DNA of 64,000 nt from an uncultured delta proteobacterium (GCA_963803975.1 CAWDOY010000016.1:1-64000); one strand, 5' to 3'. Shown: positions 1-9,041, numbered from the stretch's first letter. The notes: a model not told the origin generated them from the sequence alone. Program-made: numbers and translations.

Positions 1-1895
1 TTGCTTCAACGGCGCACACTTCTTTACAAGCGCCGCACTTGATGCATTTTTTCATGTCAAGAGAAGGCGTGCTGCCCGGCTCCCCGCTGATGGCGCTGAC
101 CGGACAGGCCCTGAAACAGGCGCCGCAGGCGGTGCAGACTGATGCGTCTATTGAATAGAGAATCAGGTCCTTGCACACCCCAGCCGGACACTGCCCCTGC
201 ATATGGGCTTCAAACTCATCCTTGAAATATTTGATTGCGTACTGCACCACACTCGGCGCGGTTTTCCCAGATCGCACAGCGATGCCTTTTCCATGGCAAA
301 CGCCAGCTCTTTTATGAGCGCCAGGTGCTCTTCAGTGCCGATGCCGATGGTAAAATTATTTATGAGCTGCAGCAGCCGTTTCACCCCTTCACGGCAGGGC
401 ACGCATTTGCCGCAGGACTCCTCCAGCAGGAACTGGGTAAAGTAGCGCGCCATATCAACCATGCAGGCGCAGTTATCTATGGCGATGAATCCGCCCGAGC
501 CCAGGTTGCCGGTGCCGGCCTTGTCCATTTCCTCATAATCAAGGTTCAAGCTGAGCATGCGCGCGGGCAGCACACCGCCGGATGGACCGCCGGTCTGAAA
601 AGCTTTCAGCTTGCGCTTTGCCGGGACCCCGCCGCCCAGCTCATTAAATATCTCCTTGAACGGCGTGCCCATGGGCACTTCGACCAGGCAGGGGGTATTC
701 ACGCTGCCGCTGATGCCGATGACCTTGGTGCCCTTGCTTGAGCCGGTGCCGATGCCGGAGAACCAGTCAGCGCCCTTGTTGATAATGACCGGCACATTGG
801 CCCAGGTCTCCACATTGTTCAGGTTGCTGGGGCTGTCCCAGAGGCCTTTCACCGCGGTGTGGATATGCTTGGCCGCGGCTCGCCGATCCGTCCCTCAAGT
901 CCCGCCATGAGCGCGGTTGACTCGCCGCACACGTACGCGCCGCCGCCCTCTTTTATCGTGACGGAGAAGTTAAAGCCTGAGCCGAGGATGTTAGTGCCGA
1001 GGAGCCCGTATGCTGCTGCCTGCTCGATTGCTTTCTGCAGGCGCTTCAGGCCGAGGGGATAACCGCTGGAAATATAGATGTAACCGTGGCCCGCGCCGAT
1101 GGCGTAGCCGCCGATGATCAGGCCTTCAAGCACGGTATGGGGGTCGCTCTCAAGGAGGCTTTTGTGCATGCCGATGCCGGGGTCGCCTTCGCTCACGTTG
1201 CACAGCACATAGCGCTCCCCGCCGGGGGCTTTCCGGCATTCAGTCCACTTTTTACCGGTGGAAAAACCGCCGCCGCCCCGGCCCCGCAGGTCTGATTTGG
1301 TCACTTCATGGATGACCTGCTCGGGGGTCATCTGCGTCACTGCTTTCATGAGCGCAGCATACCCGCCCATGGCAATGTATTCTTCAATGCTCTCGGGGTT
1401 TATGGTGCCGGCATTGCGCAGGCAGAGCTTGACCTGCTTTTTATAAAAGGGGACATCGCCGTATGCTGGTGATCTCCTTGAACTCTTCAGAGACTGCTCC
1501 CTTGGTGTAGGATACGGTTCCGCCGCTCAGAGGCAGTTCTCCTTCTCGCTCCGGATAAGAGCGCGCTTTGTATCCACGCCGCCCGCAGCCAGCGCAGTGA
1601 AGGACTCGTGCCCGGCGTCATCGGTCACCGGGCCGTAGGCTATCCTCGGCTTGCCGGGCTGAATTACTTCAATGGTCGGCTCCTGGTGGCACAGGCCGAT
1701 GCAGCCCACCGGCACGATGGTGCAGGCAAATTTCTGCGCAGCCGCTTCCCGCTCAAGGGCCTTTATAACCTTCTCCGCCCCCCTGGCAAGACAGCAGGTG
1801 GCAGTGCCAACCATGATTCTCACGGTGTCCGGGTGAAGCTGCTTGTGCCCTTCCTGTTTCAGTCTCTCAAGGTCTGCCGCAGTGCTTATTCTCAT
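1..1895 (-). CDS. NuoF/HydB-like NAD(P)H-binding flavo-iron-sulfur subunit (3' end runs off the window; split by apparent indels)
   Basis: ORF pieces 1527-1895, 849-1370, 163-852 and the frame to base 1 join into one protein. It has an N-terminal thioredoxin-like 2Fe-2S domain (GTATCC...GCIGLC), RGRGGGGF, EGDPG, GAYVCGESTAL, GGPSGG, ESCGKCVPCREG and C-terminal CTACGAC...CP / CIKCGAC...C motifs. Indels near 1530/1470, 871 and 263. Confidence 0.9.
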
Positions 1896-2415
1896 TTGTC
1901 TTCCCTGTATTTTTTTATAACGGTTGTGGCTTTATGGTGGGTCATTTCGCCAATAATTTCCTGTTTGGGCAAATCCGGCAATTTACCGGCGCTGACATCT
2001 TCGCAGATCTGCTCGTCGATGGACATGACCGGCCCGGCATTGCAGCAGCCCATGCAGCGCACTTTTTCCACGGAAAACTCTCCGTTATCGCTGACCCCTT
2101 CGCCGCTAATGCTCAGTTCCCTGCCGATGCGCTCAAAAATCTTCTCGCTCGCTCGCAGGTAGCAGGAGGTGCCGGTGCACACCTTGATGTGGTGCTTTCC
2201 CGCGGCTCTGTGCTGAACGCCTTGTAAAAGGTTGCCGCGCTGAACACCTGGCTGACAGGAATGTCGAGCTTGCTGCTCAGGTAGCGCGCGGTGTCCTCTG
2301 AAATGCTGCCCTGCGCTTTCTGGATTTCATGCATGATGGACAGCAGGGCTTCTTTTTTGCCGCCGTATTTTTCAACGGCGCTGTCGAGGGTTTTTGTTGC
2401 GGGATTGTTATCCAT
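1892..2415 (-). CDS. NuoE/HydC-like 2Fe-2S subunit (one frameshift near 2200)
   Basis: N-terminus ALLSIMHEIQ...VFSAATFY joins GKHHIKVCTGTSC...VRCMGCC after a 1-nt shift. Its stop overlaps the nuoF-like start (ATGA). Confidence 0.9.
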
Positions 2416-3148
2416 GCTGTTTGTCTCCCTGCTTGGTACTGGATGAGAGCCGCGCGTAGGCATTCGTCACCATCTTTTGCAGCTCTTCTAAATCGGCATC
2501 GGTTACGTTTTTAAACCGTCCCTGAAATTTCAGGTAGTCTTTTACTGGCCGCGGCTTTGCAACTGTTACGCTCATCAGGCAGATGCCCTGCGCTACTTCA
2601 TACAAGGGGAAGATGCAGGTATCGACGGCGATTTTCCCGATGGTTATTGCCAGGCTTGCGTCAAATTCCCAGCCAACCGGGCAGGGACAGAGGATGTGGA
2701 TGTAGGCGTTTCCCGGCGCGGCAAAGGCCCTTTTTACTTTTTCCATAAGATCAAAGGGGTAGCCCGGCGACGCGGTGGCGACATAGGAAACCCCTTCGGC
2801 TACGGCAACCGCCGGCATGTTCTTTTTCCAGAACTCTGTGCCGCAGGTTTCCGGGCCGACGCAGGCCTCATTATCAAAACAGATGGAGAGCACCTGCTTG
2901 TCAGCCTTGGGCACGCGCAGCAGCGACGGCGAAAACCGGTCAGCCGCATCCGGTCCCTTTAATTCCGGCACGGACTGTTTCCAGGGAACCTTCCAGGACC
3001 CCTTCCTGATCAGCCCTGCACCGAGAGCTTTGTATACGAGGCGCACTGCCAGCGACTCGCCGCAGCCTTTGCAGCTTATTGGCGCGTCAGGCAAAAAACA
3101 TTCTTCCCGCGGCAGCAGCCGGGGCACAAATACAGCATAGCGATCCAT
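2408..3148 (-). CDS. 2-oxoacid:ferredoxin oxidoreductase beta-subunit (PorB)-like protein lacking the TPP-binding motif
   Basis: Retains CKGCGESLAVRLV, WKVPW, CFDNEA, WKKNMPAVA, YVATASPGYPFDL, YIHILCPCPVGW, FPLYEV and YLKFQGRF. No GDG or YMNTG segment. Confidence 0.85.
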   Translation of the reverse strand: MDRYAVFVPRLLPREECFLPDAPISCKGCGESLAVRLVYKALGAGLIRKGSWKVPWKQSVPELKGPDAADRFSPSLLRVPKADKQVLSICFDNEACVGPETCGTEFWKKNMPAVAVAEGVSYVATASPGYPFDLMEKVKRAFAAPGNAYIHILCPCPVGWEFDASLAITIGKIAVDTCIFPLYEVAQGICLMSVTVAKPRPVKDYLKFQGRFKNVTDADLEELQKMVTNAYARLSSSTKQGDKQHG

Positions 3149-3420
3149 TAGCCCTCCTCCACCATGGTGATGGCACCAAACCAGCATTCACGGGCGCAGA
3201 TCCCGCAGCCCTTGCAGTAGTCGGCATCCGAAGTGAAATAGCCGTCGGTTTTCTCTTTTATTGCCGCATCAGGGCAATACAGGTAGCAAAGCCCGCACTT
3301 CGTGCATTTCAACTCATCCCATGCAGGTTTGTGCGTGCGTTTGTCGCCTTTGTTAAATGGCCGGGCCAGCTTTTTATCCAGCAGTATGCAGCCGACCTTG
3401 TTTTTATCCCACATGCTCAT
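3148..3420 (-). CDS. PorD-like 2[4Fe-4S] ferredoxin (oxidoreductase delta subunit)
   Basis: CTKCGLCYLYCPD and DYCKGCGICAREC...AITM motifs; 90 aa. Confidence 0.9.
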   Translation of the reverse strand: MSMWDKNKVGCILLDKKLARPFNKGDKRTHKPAWDELKCTKCGLCYLYCPDAAIKEKTDGYFTSDADYCKGCGICARECWFGAITMVEEG

Positions 3421-3438
3421 GGCCTTGCTTCCTTTCAG

Positions 3439-3876
3439 TTATGAGATTTTCCCGAGTATTTTACACACCGTATCAAGGGAGCCTAACAACTGCTGCTTAT
3501 CATTGTCGGTGAGGTGAGAAAATATGGACTTTGCGACTTTCCTGCGGTGGGCCAGAAACGCGGCACGGATTTTTTCACCTTTGGCGGTCAGGCGCACCAT
3601 CACCTTGCGGCGGTCGGTTTCATCACGGTCGCGCTCGGCAATGCCTTCTTTTATGAGGCTGTCAATCATCATGGTCATGTTGGAGAGCTTTACCCCGACA
3701 TTGTCCGCAAGTTCCTTCATGGAGAGACAGCTTGCCTCCTTAAAGGCAAAGAGCGCCTTGATCTGGGACACCCGCAGATCCGACTTGATATTGCCGGAAC
3801 CGTTGGCAATCTTCTGGGTGTAGATGCGCCCGAAATTGCGCAGGGTGCGCATGTATTGATTCAGTTCTTCTTCCAT
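3439..3876 (-). CDS. MarR family transcriptional regulator
   Basis: SMKELAD...MIDSLIKEG...DRRKVMVRLTAKG winged-HTH signature. Confidence 0.93.
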   Translation of the reverse strand: MEEELNQYMRTLRNFGRIYTQKIANGSGNIKSDLRVSQIKALFAFKEASCLSMKELADNVGVKLSNMTMMIDSLIKEGIAERDRDETDRRKVMVRLTAKGEKIRAAFLAHRRKVAKSIFSHLTDNDKQQLLGSLDTVCKILGKIS

Positions 3877-3892
3877 AGACCCTATCCCCCTT

Positions 3893-3922
3893 TTGAAATA
3901 GTTCTAATTTGTAACTATTCAA
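3893..3922. promoter_or_regulatory. Putative MarR operator (AATAGTT-N9-AACTATT)
   Basis: Inverted repeat at 3897-3903 and 3913-3919 just upstream of the marR start. A minus-strand TTGACA lies at 3950-3955. Confidence 0.55.
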
Positions 3923-4030
3923 CTTTAAAATGTACTAAGAGAAATATTTTGTCAAGAAGTTTTTGCGGCTGGTTTAAAAATTTTATCCGCGGCTGTAGCG
4001 CCCGGACCAGCAGGGTACTATGGGGTTGAC

Positions 4031-4137
4031 CGGTTTCATGCCTCGCAAGCCCCGCTTTGTAAGCGGGGTCAAGAGGCATGTATCTGTAAAGAATAATTAA
4101 ACTCCGGGAAGCCCCGCCTTGTAGCGGGGAGCTTCAC
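4031..4137 (+). mobile_element. Non-autonomous IS200/IS605-family miniature element (PATE-like)
   Basis: Two related hairpins, AAGCCCCGCTTTGTAAGCGGGG and AAGCCCCGCCTTGTAGCGGGG. It ends in TTCAC, is preceded by TTGAC, and contains no transposase. Confidence 0.65.
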
Positions 4138-4254
4138 TTGCCTGGCGTGTTTGGGCTATGTTTTATAAGCGTACGCGGATTGTCGCAGATCTTTGCAGAT
4201 ATTTATTAATATCCTGCTCATCCGCTTAATCAGCGTCCCCATAAACAGGAGGAA

Positions 4255-4491
4255 ATGGTCTTGAAGTGTTATATATGTGCAAAGGAAGGGGCTGATACAC
4301 CGGCTGTCGCCATCTGCATTGTCTGCGGCATGGGGGTGTGCATGGTGCATTCAAAGCGAGAAGAGCTGCCAATCGAGGATATTGTGGACTGGGGCCTGGG
4401 CAGGGAAAAATTGAGTTATCCAAAAACGCTTCCCCCTATTCTCTGCGCCTGGTGTTATGAAGCCCTGGCCCAGCGAAAGAAAAAGCCGTAA
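4255..4491 (+). CDS. Small Cys/His-rich putative zinc-binding protein (DUF2180-like)
   Basis: KCYIC...AVAICIVCGMGVCMVH...LCAWC, with AGGAGG RBS. Confidence 0.75.
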   Translation: MVLKCYICAKEGADTPAVAICIVCGMGVCMVHSKREELPIEDIVDWGLGREKLSYPKTLPPILCAWCYEALAQRKKKP

Positions 4492-4528
4492 CCGGCCGGC
4501 TGCCGCCGGTATTGAGGCCCTGGCTTGT

Positions 4529-4840
4529 TTACCGGGCCCGGCCGCAGTACGGGCAGAAGGAAAATTCTTTTTCCAGGTCTTTGCCGCACGAGGCACATCG
4601 CACCACGCCTCTTTGATATCCCGCCTCATGCGACTGTGGCTCATACTGCAGCCGCTCACAATTTTCACACGCCCAAAACGGCTCGCCGCGCTTGACCGGA
4701 AACACTGGAATAAAAAAAATGCTCAGATAGTGGTCTGTGCGCTTGAGCCAGGCCTGCCCGCGTCCGCATCCGGGGCAGAGCCGGGGGCTGTTATCGATGA
4801 CTTTTGTTCTCGGCTGAATTCCCGCGATTAAGAAAAACAT
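4529..4840 (-). CDS. Zinc-ribbon domain protein
   Basis: MFFLIAG start, CPGC, LSIFFIPVFPV, CENC, CASC, FCPYCG. Confidence 0.8.
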   Translation of the reverse strand: MFFLIAGIQPRTKVIDNSPRLCPGCGRGQAWLKRTDHYLSIFFIPVFPVKRGEPFWACENCERLQYEPQSHEAGYQRGVVRCASCGKDLEKEFSFCPYCGRAR

Positions 4841-4897
4841 AAATTAGGGGTTCGGGATTCGGAGTTAGCCCCTTAAAAGTTTTTGCAAAACTGGAAC

Positions 4898-6064
4898 TCA
4901 AGAAATCAGGTTTTTTATTTTACCCCCGAGAAGCCACGGCACTTTTTGCGCTATCGCCGCGAGCACTTTCCCTGAAGCGCTGCGGGTGGCAATGGGTTTA
5001 CTGTCCGCTGTAAAAGCGGGAATCGCAGTATCCCAGCCTGATGGCAAATCGCCCCGCAGTGCCGCAAGAAATTGTTCGGCAAGTTCAGGAGAGGCTTTTT
5101 TATACGAATCAAAAAGGCTGTTCCAGTCAGCTTCACGCTGTGCTCCCCGCTCTCCGGCCTCTCGCATATGCCGGAGCACGTTTTCCGTCACCAGAAACTG
5201 CGCGTCTTCAGGCCAGCCGAGGATTTCTTGGTGAGCCGCACTTCTTCTTCACCGAGAGGAGCGCCATGGGCTTCTTTAGTGTCCTGGAAGTGCGGGGACC
5301 CGTAGCCGATATGCGATCTGACCATAATGAGCGATGGCCGGTCTGTTTCCTGCCGTGCGGCAGCAAAAGCTGCTGACAGGGTCGCAAGGTCGTTTGCCGC
5401 GTCCCTATGTTCTGCAGCTGCCAGTGATGCTCTCAAAGCGCTTGCAGACATCATCTGAATAGGTGAGAGCCGTCTCCCCTTCAATGGTGATCCGGTTATC
5501 ATCATAGACGAAAATCAGTTTGCCCAGGCCGAAATGGGCGGCAAGAGATGCAGCCTCATGGGAGGCACCTTCCATCAGGTCTCCATCACTGCAGAAGCCA
5601 TAGGTGTAGTGATCAACGAGGGGATATCCTTCCCGGTTGAAGAGTGCCGCAAGGCGCGCCTCAGCCATCGCCATGCCCACCGCATTCATAAAGCCCTGGC
5701 CCAGCGGGCCGGTGGTTGTTTCAATGCCCGGGGTGAGACCGTGCTCGGGATGACCGGGCGCCCTGCTTCCCCACTGGCGAAAATTTTTGATATCGTCAAG
5801 GGTCAGGTCATAGCCGGTTAAAAAGAGCATGGCATAGTGCAGCATCGAGGCATGACCGCATGACAGCACAAAGCGGTCACGGTTAAACCACGAGGGGTTG
5901 CGCGGGTTGAAACAAAGAAATTGTGTCCACAGAACATAGGCAAGCGGGGCGAGCGCCATGGGTGTGCCGGGATGACCGGAGTTTGCCTTCTGCACGGCAT
6001 CCATGGAAAGAGTACGGATAGTGTTTATACAGAGCTGGTCTAACTGATCGGGCTGTTTATTCAT
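4898..6064 (-). pseudogene. tkt: Transketolase, 3'-truncated (N-terminal TPP domain only) and frameshifted
   Basis: [48 protein letters not shown] and ATRSASG are present. Similarity stops at WLLGG, just before the expected SADL. Confidence 0.85.
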
Positions 6065-6287
6065 GGTTTTACTCCTTAGAGGTTCTTTGGCAGTGGTATG
6101 CAGCAAATCTATCGCAAATCAGGCCTGCAGACAACCACTAAAACTGGCGGAAGGGTAAAATGTACCAGCCTGTAATCTTTCCTTGAATTGCCATGAGCGG
6201 GTATGCTACATGTATACACAAGAGTAATGATTTTGACTTACATGTAGAGGGTGGCCATATTTCTTAACAGAAGGGAGGGGATACCAT

Positions 6288-6578
6288 ATGCCAGTTTATG
6301 TCACGCTTTGGAAATACACCAGAGACGGCCTCATGGATATTCGCAACACTGCCGGGCGCTTTGAGGCGGTCAAAAAGATTATTGAATCTCATGGAGGAAA
6401 GCTGCTTACTATTTACGGCCTGGTTGGTGAGTATGATGTAATGACCATCATAGAAATGCCGGATAAGATCGCCTTCAGCGCAGCAATACTTAAGATTTGC
6501 TCCTCAGGACGGATATCTGCGCAATCCATGAACGCTATACCAATTGAAGAATTCCTGAAAATCACCAGGGAAGTTTAG
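6288..6578 (+). CDS. GYD domain protein
   Basis: 96 aa with GGKL...GEYDV pattern; strong RBS. Confidence 0.8.
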   Translation: MPVYVTLWKYTRDGLMDIRNTAGRFEAVKKIIESHGGKLLTIYGLVGEYDVMTIIEMPDKIAFSAAILKICSSGRISAQSMNAIPIEEFLKITREV

Positions 6579-6707
6579 CCCTGACTGAGATGCAACACGT
6601 TATACACCCTATGGCTGCCCCCAAATTTTCATTACCCTGGCAGAAGAAAAGAAGCGCATAGCGCAGGTTCAAACACCAGTACCAGCATGTCTTCGATAGC
6701 AGTACGT

Positions 6708-6752
6708 AACCCAAATCCAGAAACCGGAAGCACTTAGTGGATTTGGGTTTTT
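6708..6752 (+). terminator. 12-bp perfect inverted repeat followed by a T run (terminator-like)
   Basis: AACCCAAATCCA (6708-6719) and TGGATTTGGGTT (6738-6749) with an 18-nt loop. Confidence 0.45.
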
Positions 6753-6781
6753 CATTATACGCCAGCATTGAGAAAACGCCC

Positions 6782-6967
6782 GTGAACGATACGCAGTCTT
6801 TCTCTCCGCTTGAAAAGCGCATTCAGGAATTAATAGACCAGTGCCGGGGAATCCCTGCCGGCGAGGTTATGCAGCTTCTCCGGAAGGCAGAACACAATCC
6901 CGCGCTTGATGTTGAACAGGAACTGGAAAAGCTGTTCGGGAAATATAAAACAGAGAACAGTGAATAG
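6782..6967 (+). CDS. Small hypothetical protein
   Basis: Helical-looking ORF (LEKRIQELIDQ...VEQELEKLFGKY); start uncertain. Confidence 0.45.
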   Translation: MNDTQSFSPLEKRIQELIDQCRGIPAGEVMQLLRKAEHNPALDVEQELEKLFGKYKTENSE

Positions 6968-7051
6968 TGAACAGCAACTCAGGTAAAAGACAATAGTTAA
7001 CAGTATGAATACTATTCACTAACGACTATTCACTCAATACTGTCTTGTACT

Positions 7052-7654
7052 ATGAGCATTAACATTCGTATTTTCTCCGACTACATCTGACCGTTCTGTT
7101 ACGTCGGCAAAGGTATTGTCGAAACGCTGAAGAAAGAGTTCCCCCTTGTTGATGAGTGGGTGAGCAGTGAGATCCACCCGGAAACACCTCCCGAAGGGGT
7201 GCTGCTTTCGGTGCGCCTGCCGGGTATTGACTGGGATGGCATGTATCAGAACCTGCGCCGCAGCGGAGCCCAATACGGCATTAGCTTCGGCGACGTGAAG
7301 CTTCTTTCCAATTCCCGCCTCTCCCTGGAAGCAGGCGAATATGCCCGTGACCACGGCAGGTTTAATGAATACCACGAAGAAATCTTTCGCGCCTATTTTA
7401 CCGAGGTAAAAGATATCGGCAGGATGGATGTCATACTGGATGCTGCCCGCTCCGCCGGTCTCGATGCGGAGGCATTGCAGTCCGCCCTGAAGAAGGGCCT
7501 TTACCGGGACAGGCTGCAGGCAGCGCAGCAGGAAAGCGAGCGCTACGGTGTTACCGGCGTGCCGGCATTTATAATTGAGGATCAATATAAGATTGTGGGA
7601 GCACAGCCCCTGGAGGTTTTCAGGGACACCCTGCGCAGCCTGGGAAAGAAGTAA
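7052..7654 (+). CDS. DsbA/FrnE-family thiol oxidoreductase with in-frame TGA (selenocysteine, UxxC)
   Basis: ATG at 7052 reads MSINIRIFSDYI-TGA(7088-7090)-PFCYVGK in frame with ORF 7160-7654 (EIHPETP, GVTGVPAFII, IVGAQP). A SECIS-like hairpin lies at 7104-7122. Confidence 0.88.
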
Positions 7655-7828
7655 AAAGGCACAAAGGTAAAGTGCTGAGTAACGAGTGCTGAGTTGATGG
7701 TTATGGCTCTCAGCGATCAGCAGTCAGCTTTCAGCTTCCACGTTTCACTTTTCCCGTTTCACATTTTTCAATCTGCAATCCGCAATTTAGGGCCATGACC
7801 CCTCTGACACATGCTCCTTTCTTTTCTC

Positions 7829-7857
7829 TTGTACTATTATAAATTTACTGATATATT
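7829..7857 (+). promoter_or_regulatory. Sigma70-type promoter for rpoZ
   Basis: TTGTAC-N17-TATATT with an extended -10 TG. Confidence 0.55.
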
Positions 7858-7926
7858 GAAATAACCACAGAGCCAGTATGTCCTGTGGTTTAATTTTGAT
7901 GGATATAAAGGAGCAGCAGAAAGACT

Positions 7927-8166
7927 ATGGCTCGTATAACGATTGAAGATTGTTTAAAAAGGGTAAACAACCGCTTTTTAGTTGTACAGATGGCTAACCT
8001 GAGGATAAAGCAGCACCTCAGAGGTTCAAAGCCGCTGGTAAACGCTCCGGAAAATAAAACCGTGGTTGTTGCGCTGCGGGAGATTGCCGCCGGAAAGGTC
8101 CGCCTGGATGAGAAGACCAAGCACCGGCTGAATGAAGAACAAGAAAACACCCTGGATGCCGATTAA
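7927..8166 (+). CDS. rpoZ: RNA polymerase omega subunit
   Basis: [10 protein letters not shown]...NRFLVV...ALREIAAG. Confidence 0.97.
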   Translation: MARITIEDCLKRVNNRFLVVQMANLRIKQHLRGSKPLVNAPENKTVVVALREIAAGKVRLDEKTKHRLNEEQENTLDAD

Positions 8167-8387
8167 GCATAGTATATATTATATAGTACGTATGGTGAAT
8201 CGGCATCCGCGCACCTGCCTTTTAGTACCCTTACATTATTAAATACTTCCTTTCCCTGCAATGTGCCGCGATGGATAAGCCGCGGCCTTTTACGACCTGC
8301 TCACATAAATTCATTCTGTCATCAGTCTCAATAAAAGATAGCCTGAATATATATCCGGCTGCCGGAACTGTGCCGGGATAAATCTTC

Positions 8388-8416
8388 TTGACACAGCAGG
8401 GGGTGCTTAATAAGAT
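8388..8416 (+). promoter_or_regulatory. Sigma70-type promoter for the gmhA operon
   Basis: TTGACA-N17-TAAGAT. Confidence 0.6.
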
Positions 8417-8445
8417 GGGCTATACTTTTTTAGCGGAGAGATGCA

Positions 8446-9021
8446 GTGGAAGAAAAAATTGTCAAGCTCTTTGAAGAAGCTTCTTCTTTGGCGCTGGAAT
8501 GCGGCCGCAAAAACGCCGCACTCATCCTGCAGATGGCGCGGGAACTTATCCGCTGTTTTGAGCAGGGTAATAAGCTGCTTCTTTTTGGCAATGGCGGCAG
8601 CGCTTCACAGGCGCAGCACTTTGCCGCAGAGCTGGTGAATAAGCTTGCCGTATACCGCGTGCCGCTGCCGGCAATTGCCCTCACCACCGACACCTCGGTA
8701 ATCACCAGCATTGGCAATGATCTTCAATTCAGCGATATATTTTCCCGCCCGATCGAGGCCCTCGGCAGGCCCGGCGATGTGGCCTGGGGCTTGAGCACCA
8801 GCGGTACATCGCCCAACGTGCTCAAAGGGCTGGCAAAGGCTCGTGAGCTCGGCTTGCGGACCATTGCCTTTGCCGGCAGGGATGGCAGCGCCATGGCACA
8901 GCATGCGGATTTTTGCCTGACCGTAGCCGCGGACAACACGGCCCGGATTCAGGAGGTGCACCTGTGTGCAGGGCATGCAGTATGCACAATAGTAGAAGAA
9001 CATTTTCTCTCCAAAAAATGA
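8446..9021 (+). CDS. gmhA: Phosphoheptose (sedoheptulose-7-phosphate) isomerase
   Basis: FGNGGSA, QHFAAE, LSTSGTSPN, TARIQEVH. Confidence 0.93.
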   Translation: MEEKIVKLFEEASSLALECGRKNAALILQMARELIRCFEQGNKLLLFGNGGSASQAQHFAAELVNKLAVYRVPLPAIALTTDTSVITSIGNDLQFSDIFSRPIEALGRPGDVAWGLSTSGTSPNVLKGLAKARELGLRTIAFAGRDGSAMAQHADFCLTVAADNTARIQEVHLCAGHAVCTIVEEHFLSKK

Positions 9022-9041
9022 ACCGCCCTGATCCGTATAGC

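Noticed and set aside
1527..1529. In-frame TGA in the nuoF-like gene as a possible selenocysteine
   Set aside because: Read-through is in frame, but the TGA is not at a conserved Cys position. The neighbouring frame (LSGGTVSYTKGAVSEEFKEI) looks like the real protein, so two compensating indels are the better explanation.
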